Origin: Bacteroidales bacterium
GTDB taxonomy: Bacteria > Bacteroidota > Bacteroidia > Bacteroidales > P3
Assembly: GCA_017522105.1 (NCBI GenBank)
Contig: JAFXAA010000030.1
Coordinates: 2,176 to 66,175 of the forward strand
Direction: 5' to 3'
Length of the DNA: 64,000 bases
A program made the position numbers and the translations under genes. Below are positions 1 to 8,199 of the stretch, piece after piece (the first letter of the stretch is position 1; the number at the start of each line of letters is the position of its first letter). The notes under the pieces were generated by a model. That model was not told where the DNA came from. It searched no databases and saw only the letters and a list, made by a program, of their open reading frames with translations.

Positions 1-647
<647 letters not shown>

Positions 648-693
648 GTTTCATTCAATCAATATTATTTAATAACCAAAAAACATCAAAACA

Positions 694-1038
694 ATGAAGA
701 AAGTTCTGTTTACCGCTATGGCTGCTGTGGCTATGTTCGCCATGGTTGCCTGCAACAACAACAAGACCCAGGAGGCCGTTGCCGAAGACACCACCGCCAC
801 CGAGCAGTGTGTCAAACAGTGCGACAAGCACCAGTGCGCCGACACCTGCATGTGCGGTGAGGAGTGCGCCGCCGCCAAGTGCGAAGGCTGCCCCAACCAC
901 GGCACCGAGAACTGCTGCAAAGCCAAAGCCACTGTCGAAGGCCAGGCCTGCGAGCAGCAGTGCCAGAAAGCCGAAGGCGAGAAAAGCTGCAAGGCTGAAG
1001 GCAAAGAGTGCGAGAAAAAGTGCGAGAAGGCCCAGTAA
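694..1038 (+). CDS. small Cys-rich lipoprotein (hypothetical)
   Basis: Lipoprotein signal MKKVLFTAMAAVAMFAMVA|C. The mature 95 aa contain 16 Cys, in a Glu/Lys-rich background. It lies 46 nt after the mmdA stop, on the same strand as the operon. Competing ORFs on other frames lack any signal or start context. Confidence 0.6.
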   Translation: MKKVLFTAMAAVAMFAMVACNNNKTQEAVAEDTTATEQCVKQCDKHQCADTCMCGEECAAAKCEGCPNHGTENCCKAKATVEGQACEQQCQKAEGEKSCKAEGKECEKKCEKAQ

Positions 1039-1121
1039 ATGGATGTTGATGATGGCCGGCGGCAATGGCTGTCGGCCACATCAACTTCATCTGTTTTGAT
1101 GTAACAATTAACAGCAAAAGA

Positions 1122-2117
1122 ATGAAAACAATCTATAAAATGCTACTGGCAGGCCTGTTCAGTATGCTGATGCTGGCGGCGACGGCACAGTCGGCCGACG
1201 CTGTGGCCGGCGCCACGAAAGCCGCCGGTCATGGCCAGCCCCAGCAGGCTGCTGCCGAGGCCCACGCCGGATGCCCCATGCACTCGCTGACGCCGTCGAT
1301 GGACTTCAACAGCGTCAAGATGTGCTATGTGCCCGACCTGGGCGCCTTTGTGGCGATAGACAGCGTGGAGTGCTGCGTGCACCTTGTGTCGGTGGAAACC
1401 ATGGACACCGTGGCCTGCTTCAAGACCGACAACACGCACAAGCGCCACGACCTTAAGAACATCCTGCGCCCCGTCAGCGTCAGCGCCATGGGCGAATACG
1501 TCATAGTGCTTGCCTCGGCGGTGAACGACACCGCGTATGTCGCCATCCTTGATGGTAACATGAAAGAGGTGGCGCGGCGCGCTTTTCAAAGCCCGATGTA
1601 CGCCATGCGCCGCGACGGCGGAGCCCTCACCGTGGTGGGCAGCAACCCCTATGGCTATGACATCAACATCCTGCCGCTGCACCGTCTCGACTTCGAGCAG
1701 TTCGCCAACGGCGAGATACTGAGCCGCCACTACCGCGTGGCCAAGCAGAGCGAGAAAATCAAACAGAGCGACCCCGTCGGCATCGGCCTCACAGCTGTCG
1801 CCGTTGCCGTGGTCTTCATCGCCTTGGTATGCATAGCACTCCTCATCAGCGGCTCTGGTAAACTGATAGCCCGCTCCGAGGAGAAGAGCAAGAACAAAGG
1901 CAAGAAGGCTCCCGCCATCAAGCCCGTCAGTGACGGAAGCAGTGCCCACGCCGATGACGAGGTTTTCGCCGCCATTGCCGCCGCCATCCACCTCTACAAC
2001 GACGAGCTTCATGACGAAGAGGACGCCGTCATCACCATACAGAAGGTGGAGCGCGAGTGGACTCCGTGGAACGCCAAGTACTATAACATGAATCAATATT
2101 TTAACAACCGAAAATAG
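1122..2117 (+). CDS. OadG-family (decarboxylase gamma/delta-like) protein with a long N-terminal extracytoplasmic extension
   Basis: The start is placed at MKTIYKMLLAGLFSMLMLAATAQS (signal peptide), 19 codons inside the track ORF. There is one TM helix (GIGLTAVAVAVVFIALVCIALLI). The C-terminus DDEVFAAIAAAIHLY...ITIQKV is OadG-like. Confidence 0.7.
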   Translation: MKTIYKMLLAGLFSMLMLAATAQSADAVAGATKAAGHGQPQQAAAEAHAGCPMHSLTPSMDFNSVKMCYVPDLGAFVAIDSVECCVHLVSVETMDTVACFKTDNTHKRHDLKNILRPVSVSAMGEYVIVLASAVNDTAYVAILDGNMKEVARRAFQSPMYAMRRDGGALTVVGSNPYGYDINILPLHRLDFEQFANGEILSRHYRVAKQSEKIKQSDPVGIGLTAVAVAVVFIALVCIALLISGSGKLIARSEEKSKNKGKKAPAIKPVSDGSSAHADDEVFAAIAAAIHLYNDELHDEEDAVITIQKVEREWTPWNAKYYNMNQYFNNRK

Positions 2118-2119
2118 CC

Positions 2120-2551
2120 ATGAAGAACTATAAACTCAAGATAAACGGCAACGAATACAACGTTGACATCAACGAAGTGGAGGGTCAGGAGATAAAGCTT
2201 GACGTCAACGGCACAAGCTATATCGTCACTGTAGACCAGGAAATCAAGCAGCAGCGCAAGCCCGTTGTCAGCACGCCGCGCCCGCAGGTGACACCCGCCG
2301 CCAGCGGCAATGTGCAGAAGAGCAACGCTCCCGCAGCAGGCAGCAAGGTGACAACGCCCCTGCCCGGCACCATCCTCGACGTGTTTGTCAACGTTGGTGA
2401 CACCGTCAAGGAGGGTCAGACCGTCGTCCTCCTCGAAGCCATGAAGATGGAGAACAACATCGAGGCCGACGTGGCCGGCACCGTCAAGGAGGTGAAAGTC
2501 CGCAAGGGCGACAGTGTCCTTGAGGGCGATGTGTTAGTAGTAATCGGATAA
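2120..2551 (+). CDS. mmdC: biotin carboxyl carrier subunit of the decarboxylase
   Basis: Biotinyl-lysine motif EAMKMEN, a Pro/Ala linker and a lipoyl-like C-terminal domain. The gene starts 3 nt after the upstream stop. Confidence 0.9.
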   Translation: MKNYKLKINGNEYNVDINEVEGQEIKLDVNGTSYIVTVDQEIKQQRKPVVSTPRPQVTPAASGNVQKSNAPAAGSKVTTPLPGTILDVFVNVGDTVKEGQTVVLLEAMKMENNIEADVAGTVKEVKVRKGDSVLEGDVLVVIG

Positions 2552-2564
2552 AAACATCTCGGCA

Positions 2565-3734
2565 ATGATAAGTTTAGCAACAGGTGGTTTCATGGAGTTC
2601 ATGTCGACCCAGCTGGTACAATTCCTTGAATATACCGGCTTCGCCAACGTGACATGGGGCCACATAGCAATGATTTTGATAGGCTTGGTGTTCATATTCC
2701 TTGGCATCAAGTATGAGTTTGAGCCGTTGCTCCTTGTGCCTATCGGATTCGGTATGCTGATAGGCAACATTCCCTTCTATCCGGGTTTGAAGATAGGTAT
2801 ATACGAGCAAGGCTCTGTGTTGAACATTCTGTACCACGGTGTGCAGAACGGCTGGTATCCACCGCTAATCTTCCTTGGGATAGGAGCAATGACCGACTTC
2901 TCGGCGCTGCTCTCCAACCCCAAGCTGATGCTTATCGGTGCCGCCGCACAGGTGGGTATTTTCGCTGCCTACATGGGTGCTCTGGCACTGGGCTTCATGC
3001 CCAACGAGGCTGGTGCCATCGGTATCATCGGTGGTGCCGACGGCCCCACGGCCATTTTCATCTCTTCGCAGCTGGCTCCTGACCTGATGGGTGCCATCGC
3101 CGTGTCGGCCTACTCCTACATGGCCCTTGTGCCCGTCATCCAGCCGCCCATCATGCGCATGATGACCACCCCCAAGGAGCGCACCATCCGCATGAAACCG
3201 CCGCGCCAGGTCTCCAAGCTTGAGAAGATATCCTTCCCCATCATCGGCCTGCTCTTCTGCGCCTTCATCGTGCCGAGCGGCCTGCCTCTGCTGGGTATGC
3301 TCTTCTTCGGCAACCTGCTGAAGGAGTGCGGCGTCACCAAGCGCCTTAGCGATGTTGCCTCCAATGCCGTGGTCAACATCTGCACCCTTCTCATCGGCAT
3401 CACCGTGGGAGCCTCCACCCAGGCTTCGGTGTTCCTCACCGGCAAGTCGGTGATGATCTTCGGCCTCGGCGCCGGCTCGTTCATCGTGGCCACCTTCTGC
3501 GGTGTGCTCTTCGTGAAGATCATGAACCTCTTCCTCAAAGAGGGCAACAAGATCAACCCCCTCATCGGCAACAGTGGTGTCAGCGCAGTGCCCGACGCCG
3601 CCCGTGTGTCGAACAATGTGGGCTTGGAATACGACAAGACCAACTACCTGCTGCAGCATGCCATGGGCCCCAATGTGGCCGGTGTTGTCGGCTCGGCAGT
3701 GGCTGCCGGTATCCTGCTTGCCTTCCTGCACTAA
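2565..3734 (+). CDS. mmdB: Na+-translocating decarboxylase beta subunit (OadB/MmdB family)
   Basis: Polytopic membrane protein with the GGADGPTAIF motif typical of OadB-type pumps. An alternative start at 2592 (MEFMST) is possible. Confidence 0.9.
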   Translation: MISLATGGFMEFMSTQLVQFLEYTGFANVTWGHIAMILIGLVFIFLGIKYEFEPLLLVPIGFGMLIGNIPFYPGLKIGIYEQGSVLNILYHGVQNGWYPPLIFLGIGAMTDFSALLSNPKLMLIGAAAQVGIFAAYMGALALGFMPNEAGAIGIIGGADGPTAIFISSQLAPDLMGAIAVSAYSYMALVPVIQPPIMRMMTTPKERTIRMKPPRQVSKLEKISFPIIGLLFCAFIVPSGLPLLGMLFFGNLLKECGVTKRLSDVASNAVVNICTLLIGITVGASTQASVFLTGKSVMIFGLGAGSFIVATFCGVLFVKIMNLFLKEGNKINPLIGNSGVSAVPDAARVSNNVGLEYDKTNYLLQHAMGPNVAGVVGSAVAAGILLAFLH

Positions 3735-3756
3735 TCACAGGAAGTGCCAAAGAAAA

Positions 3757-3790
3757 AGCCGTCATGACATCATGGCGGCTTTCTTTTTTT
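3757..3790 (+). terminator. rho-independent terminator after the mmd operon
   Basis: Hairpin AGCCGTCATG-acat-CATGGCGGCT followed by TTCTTTTTTT. Confidence 0.7.
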
Positions 3791-3805
3791 ATGCATGACA
3801 ATGTC

Positions 3806-4363
3806 TTATGCCCAGCGGACGTAGTCGGCTTTGCGGGGCAGGGCGGGGGAGAGCGGCTTGGCGGCATAGCCGACGACGAGGTGGTCAATGCCTTCATAGT
3901 CGCCCTCGATGCCGAGCTCTCTGAGTATGGCCTTGCCTTCCTCGCTGTCGAACTCCTCCTTGGCGCGGTGTATCCAGCATGAGGCCAGCCCTACGGCTTC
4001 GGCCGCGTTGGCAAGGTTGGTGAGCACTGCGCATCCGTCGTAGAGGTAGGTGGGCACTTTGCGGTCGGCCAGCACCACCAGCACCACCGGCGCCCCGTAG
4101 AAGGGGTCGAAGCCCTCCAGGGGCTGCTCGCCGCGCTGTGCTTTCAGGGTGTTCCATACGCGTGCATTCATGGCCGACAGGCGGTCGCGCAGCCCTTTGT
4201 CGGTCACGGCCACTATCAGCGGACTCTGTTTGCCATGCCCCGTAGGAGCCCATGTGCCGGCTTCGCAGACGGCGGCAATCAGCTCCCTGTCAGGCATATC
4301 TGGCAAAAAAGCACGGCAACTGCGCCGTGCTTTCATGTTGTCGAGTGCAGCCTGGTTCATCAT
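3806..4363 (-). CDS. nitroreductase family protein
   Basis: The start is placed at MMNQAALDNMKARRSCRAF, a nitroreductase-type N-terminus. It makes an ATGA overlap with the stop of the upstream lipoprotein gene. The 321-aa track ORF is an in-frame upstream extension that overlaps that gene. Confidence 0.85.
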   Translation of the reverse strand: MMNQAALDNMKARRSCRAFLPDMPDRELIAAVCEAGTWAPTGHGKQSPLIVAVTDKGLRDRLSAMNARVWNTLKAQRGEQPLEGFDPFYGAPVVLVVLADRKVPTYLYDGCAVLTNLANAAEAVGLASCWIHRAKEEFDSEEGKAILRELGIEGDYEGIDHLVVGYAAKPLSPALPRKADYVRWA

Positions 4364-4797
4364 TGTTTGACCACTTTGAGCAGGTTCACGATGGCCGAGG
4401 CCGTGGCGGCAGTCTGCGCTATGTTCTGGCTGTTGATGTTGGTGAGGCCGGCGGAGGAGAGCATCTTGTCGACGAAGGCGGCGGCATTGCTGCTGGTGAT
4501 GAGGCCTGCCGAAGAGGCTATGAGACCGGCGGTGAAAGCCTTGCGGTAGTCGGCGTTGTCCTTGTTCTGCTTCAGGTTGGCGTAGCTGGTTGCCAGCGCC
4601 AGGGCGTTGTTGAGGGTCGTGGGGTTGCTCAGGTCGATGTTGCCGGTGCCTTTGTAGGTGCCGTAGAGTCCCTGCACGGCGGTGCCGCATGCCTGGCCCG
4701 AAGCCTTGGCCACGGAGTTGCTGCTGCTGTTGAAAATGCTGCACGAGGTCATTGCCAGAGTGGCAAAGCACATGATAAGAATGCCTAATCTTTTCAT
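4360..4797 (-). CDS. hypothetical lipoprotein
   Basis: Lipobox LAMTS|C, with an Ala/Ser/Asn-rich mature part. A TATCTTTG promoter box lies 42 nt upstream. Confidence 0.7.
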   Translation of the reverse strand: MKRLGILIMCFATLAMTSCSIFNSSSNSVAKASGQACGTAVQGLYGTYKGTGNIDLSNPTTLNNALALATSYANLKQNKDNADYRKAFTAGLIASSAGLITSSNAAAFVDKMLSSAGLTNINSQNIAQTAATASAIVNLLKVVKQ

Positions 4798-4839
4798 AAT
4801 TAATGTTTATTTTGTTTTTGTACTATTGTTTGACGCATG

Positions 4840-4847
4840 CAAAGATA
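4840..4847 (-). promoter_or_regulatory. -7 box TATCTTTG (Bacteroidetes sigma-A type)
   Basis: The plus strand reads CAAAGATA. It is upstream of the lipoprotein/nitroreductase pair. Confidence 0.6.
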
Positions 4848-4884
4848 CAAAAAAATCCACAAACGTAGACTTTATTTGTGGATT
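4846..4884 (-). terminator. rho-independent terminator of nrdDG
   Basis: On the minus strand, ATCCACAAA-loop-TTTGTGGAT is followed by a T7 run. Confidence 0.7.
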
Positions 4885-4916
4885 TTAGTTTCGGTGCTAC
4901 TGCAATGCACACTGTT

Positions 4917-5378
4917 TCAACGCCAGAAGCGTGCCGTAATGTCGTGCAGGGTGCCGCCTGCCACGCGGTAGAGTCGCTGGTTGGTGCGGCGGCTCTTCAA
5001 GGGGCCGAGGTGGGCGAGGTAGGGGCCGAGCTTCAGGTAGTCGAGGTTGGCGAGGCTGACGAGCGGCGACGGAATGGTGCGTCCGCTCCACCAGGCTGTG
5101 TGCAGCTTGGGGTGCCGTTGGCGCACGCCTGCCAGCAGGCTGTCCACCTCGGCGGGAGCCGCGTCGCCACCGAGCAGGGCCAGGCAGCTCACGCGCCCGC
5201 TCTGGCTGTCAATCAGCCCGTCGAGCGTCTGCCCGTCGAGCGGCTGGCCCACGTCGCCCCACAGGTGCTTGGAGTGGCATCCGGGGCAGTGGCAGGGGCA
5301 CCCCGTGAGGTTGACGGCCAGCGTCACCTCGTCCGGAATCTCCTGGAAGACAATGTCAGTGTCGGCGTAGCGGAGCAT
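4917..5378 (-). CDS. nrdG: anaerobic ribonucleoside-triphosphate reductase activating protein (radical SAM)
   Basis: Cluster motif NLTGCPCHCPGCHSKHLW. The gene lies directly downstream of nrdD. Confidence 0.9.
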   Translation of the reverse strand: MLRYADTDIVFQEIPDEVTLAVNLTGCPCHCPGCHSKHLWGDVGQPLDGQTLDGLIDSQSGRVSCLALLGGDAAPAEVDSLLAGVRQRHPKLHTAWWSGRTIPSPLVSLANLDYLKLGPYLAHLGPLKSRRTNQRLYRVAGGTLHDITARFWR

Positions 5379-5387
5379 GGCGTCTTG

Positions 5388-7487
5388 TTATTGCTGCATG
5401 GTGGCGTAGAAACGGCGCGAGGCCTCCTCCTGGCGCGGCTTGCTGAAGTTGCTCACGCGGCGCAGGTAGCCGATGACGCGCGTCAGGTAGTCAACATTGT
5501 GAGAGTGACACTTGGGGCACTCCTTGAGGTAGCGCTTGTCGATGTGGCCACAGTCGTTGCAAATGGTGTTGGGAATGTTGAAGGTGAAGTAGTTGCATCC
5601 CTCCTTGGCCGCCACGTCGAGCAGCTGGCGGTACTGCTGTTGCGTGAGGTGCTCCTCCAGGTTGCAGTGCAGCGCCGAGCCGCCGGTGAGGTGCTCTATG
5701 TAGGGTGCGCCGTGCAGGCGGAACTTGTCGAGCACCGTCAGCGAGGTGTCCTCCACTATGTAGAAGTAGCTGTTGTAGCAGTCGCGCGGCACGAAGTAGC
5801 CGTCCTCGCGGTCCCACTTGGCATGCTTGACACCCACGTTCTCGGCCGGTATCATCTCGCAGTTGAACATCACCTCCTTTGTGCGGTATTCCTTGTTCTT
5901 CTTCTCCACAAGGCCGAGCACCGTCTGCACGAACTCGCGGTACTGGGGGTTGTCCGTGATGGGGATGCCCATGAACTCGGCGGCTTCCACCAGGCCGTTG
6001 ACGCCTATGGTGAGGTACTGGCGCGCTATGTTGATGTAGCCGGCGTCGAAGAGCGGCAGCATGCCGTGGGCCTGCAGCTCCTTGAGGTTCTCGTTGTAGG
6101 CCAGCTGCACCTTGTGGCAGAGGTCTATGATGTCGGTCAGGAAGACGCGGTAGTCCATGCCGTTGTTGACGGCGTACTGAATGCAGCGGTTGAGGTTGAT
6201 GGTGAGCACGCTCTTGGAACCCGTGCTGACGCCGCCGGCGCCGAGGGTGTAGCTGAAGCCGTTGTCGGTGATTTCGTTGCGCAGGCGGCAGCAGCTGCTG
6301 AGCGAGTCGGCGTTGTCGCTGATGTAGGTGAAGAAGGAATGGCCTTCGGCGTACATCTCGGCCGTGAAGTCGGCCATCTCCTTGTCCACGAACTGGCCAT
6401 CCTTGTCGTAGAGCAGCGCCATGGTCTCCACCGGGAAGGTGAGCACCGTCTTTGTGCGTTCGGCGTTGAACCAGCGCATGAAGCGTTTCTGCAGCCATTT
6501 CAGGCCCTCCCAGTCGGGCTCCGACCCGTCGGGGAAGCGGAACTCGCCGAAGATGCTCTCGAAATAGGGGCGGTCGTAGTAGGCTATGTTCCAGAACACC
6601 GACTGGTAGTTGCGCGCGCCGGTGGGCTGGTTGAGGCTGTAGACGATCTGCTCGAAGCAGTCGGTGACTATCTTGTCCATCGTCTTCTGCCGCAGGCTGA
6701 GGTCCACCACGCGGTCGGGCTCCTTCCAGTAGTCCTTGCCGTAGTCCTTCTGGATGAAGTAGTTGAGGTACATCAGGAACTCCGGCGTGGCGCAGGCGCC
6801 GCTGAGCATGGAGCTCACCATGAAGACCATGTTGATGAAGCCGCCGCAGAACGACTTGAGGTTGCTCGGGGCCGTGGAGTTGCCCCCGATGCTGACCGTG
6901 CCGCCGAGCAGCCACGGGTACATGGTGATGGAGGCGCAGTAGTTGGCCAGGCTCGTCTCGTCGTTCTTGTATATGAAGTGGTGCGTCAGCAGGTCTATGT
7001 AGCGGTCGGCCAGCTCCTTGCCGTACATCTTCTTGATGCGGTCCGTCAGCAGGCGGCGGTTGAGGCGTATGAAGCCGCTCTTCGGCAGCTCGCCGATGAG
7101 GGTGGCGATGTTCTTGTTCTCCACGTTGGCGTTGGCGTCGTACTTGCTGCCCGTGGCGGCGTTGGCGGCGTCCACATAGTCGGCCAGGAACTTCAGCTTC
7201 TCCAGGGTCTCGCGGTCCTCGGTGTGCTGCTGGCGGTAGAGCATGAAGCTCTTGGCCACGCTGTAGAAGCCCTCCTTCATCAGGGCCACCTCCACCTGGT
7301 TCTGTATCTCCTCGACGGTGATGCCGTTGTGGATGTCGAGGTGCGTCAGTATCTTCGACAGCTGCCCAAGGTCTACAGGCTCCTGCACCGAGCCGAAGGC
7401 CTTGACGATGGCATTCATGATTTTGTCAAGCGAGAAGCGTTCCACTTCGCCGCCGCGCTTGGTGATTGAGAGGGTATTGGTTTCCAT
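5388..7487 (-). CDS. nrdD: anaerobic ribonucleoside-triphosphate reductase (class III)
   Basis: C-terminal Zn ribbon CNDCGH...CPKCHS and glycyl-radical motif RVIGYL. The start is chosen at METNTLSITKRGG, 21 codons inside the track ORF. Confidence 0.95.
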   Translation of the reverse strand: METNTLSITKRGGEVERFSLDKIMNAIVKAFGSVQEPVDLGQLSKILTHLDIHNGITVEEIQNQVEVALMKEGFYSVAKSFMLYRQQHTEDRETLEKLKFLADYVDAANAATGSKYDANANVENKNIATLIGELPKSGFIRLNRRLLTDRIKKMYGKELADRYIDLLTHHFIYKNDETSLANYCASITMYPWLLGGTVSIGGNSTAPSNLKSFCGGFINMVFMVSSMLSGACATPEFLMYLNYFIQKDYGKDYWKEPDRVVDLSLRQKTMDKIVTDCFEQIVYSLNQPTGARNYQSVFWNIAYYDRPYFESIFGEFRFPDGSEPDWEGLKWLQKRFMRWFNAERTKTVLTFPVETMALLYDKDGQFVDKEMADFTAEMYAEGHSFFTYISDNADSLSSCCRLRNEITDNGFSYTLGAGGVSTGSKSVLTINLNRCIQYAVNNGMDYRVFLTDIIDLCHKVQLAYNENLKELQAHGMLPLFDAGYINIARQYLTIGVNGLVEAAEFMGIPITDNPQYREFVQTVLGLVEKKNKEYRTKEVMFNCEMIPAENVGVKHAKWDREDGYFVPRDCYNSYFYIVEDTSLTVLDKFRLHGAPYIEHLTGGSALHCNLEEHLTQQQYRQLLDVAAKEGCNYFTFNIPNTICNDCGHIDKRYLKECPKCHSHNVDYLTRVIGYLRRVSNFSKPRQEEASRRFYATMQQ

Positions 7488-7604
7488 ATATTGTGCTTGT
7501 TTTTCTATCCTTACTCCGGTCGCGGACAGGCACTGGCAAAACACGGGCACCGCATGGTGTTGGGTCTGACAAGTGGCTTGTTGCGCGAAAGCGTTGTCTA
7601 CGGC

Positions 7605-7795
7605 CTATGGCAGGTCTCCTGGCTTGCCTCCGCACGCCGCGCCTTCTCGGGGGGCGATATCCCCAATGGCTTCTTGCGGTGGCTCACAATCAGTGCTTTA
7701 CATTAATTGCACTGCACTCGTTGAGGCTCACAGTTGCGCGTCAGTCCGTGATTTTCACACGGTTCCCTATTGTCCGCACCGGGCGGGCCATAGCC
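7605..7795 (-). promoter_or_regulatory. cobalamin (B12) riboswitch in the nrdD leader
   Basis: The minus strand reads AAUAGGGAACCGUGUGAAAAUCACGGACUGACGCGCAACUGUGAG ... GCCAUUGGGG...CCGAGAAGGC ... AAGCCAGGAGACCUGCC (B12 box). Confidence 0.85.
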
Positions 7796-7807
7796 TTTTC
7801 GACGCTG

Positions 7808-7839
7808 CAAAATTACAACCTTTCCCGAAACCTCGCAAA
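7808..7839 (-). promoter_or_regulatory. promoter: TTTG (-33) and TAATTTTG (-7)
   Basis: The plus strand has CAAAATTA at 7808-7815 and CAAA at 7836-7839, a 20-nt spacing. It lies just upstream of the riboswitch. Confidence 0.6.
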
Positions 7840-7920
7840 TTTACTTATCCACACCGACCTGTTGATAATAACCTCCCTTCGGCAGGGTGTCGCCGTCCCT
7901 GCTCTGTTGCCCCGCCCGCC

Positions 7921-8050
7921 CTACGGACTTCCTACGGCTGTTCTACGGTTGTTTAACGGTTGTTCTACGGTTGTTCTACGGTTTAAACCGTTAAACAACC
8001 GTAGAACAACCGTTAAACAACCGTAGAACAGCCGTACAAACTCCGTTGCG
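7921..8050. repeat. family A palindromic element, copy 1 (11-nt CTACGGTTGTT-type units, centre GTTTAAAC)
   Basis: Arms of about 53 nt pair with a single 2-nt mismatch. The 103-bp core 7934-8036 is identical to 18421-18523. Confidence 0.95.
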
Positions 8051-8131
8051 GATGGGGCCAACAGGAGGCGGAAAAAGGGCACGGTGGAAAAAAAAGTGGC
8101 ATTTTTTTTTGCTTTTGTTTCGGGAAATATG

Positions 8132-8139
8132 TATATTTG
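8132..8139 (+). promoter_or_regulatory. -7 box TATATTTG
   Basis: Upstream of pruA (ATG at 8200). Confidence 0.55.
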
Positions 8140-8199
8140 CACTTTGATAAAACACCTCCATACGGCAGGAAAACACAAACAATCAATAAAATAAACACT

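Noticed and set aside
655-1117. Four alternative ORFs overlapping the Cys-rich lipoprotein ORF (two minus strand, one plus strand, one further minus strand)
   Set aside because: None has a signal peptide or a sensible start context. The +694 frame is the only one with a lipobox and operon-compatible spacing. Coding status of this stretch is still only moderately certain.
3806-4771. 321-aa version of the nitroreductase ORF
   Set aside because: The upstream 136 codons are Gln/Arg/His-rich low complexity and overlap the well-supported lipoprotein gene at 4360..4797 in another frame. The real start is the MMNQ at 4363, which makes an ATGA overlap.
4878-7469. 863-aa ORF on the plus strand
   Set aside because: It runs entirely antisense to nrdG and nrdD, which carry unambiguous catalytic motifs. 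Its translation is low-complexity and rich in Ala, Val, Gly, Leu, Glu and His. This is the typical shadow ORF of a high-GC gene.
7921-8050. Whether the 11-nt arrays could be a CRISPR array or a degenerate one
   Set aside because: The units are directly adjacent with no spacers. Each array is mirrored into a palindrome, the unit length is far below CRISPR repeat size, and no cas genes are present.
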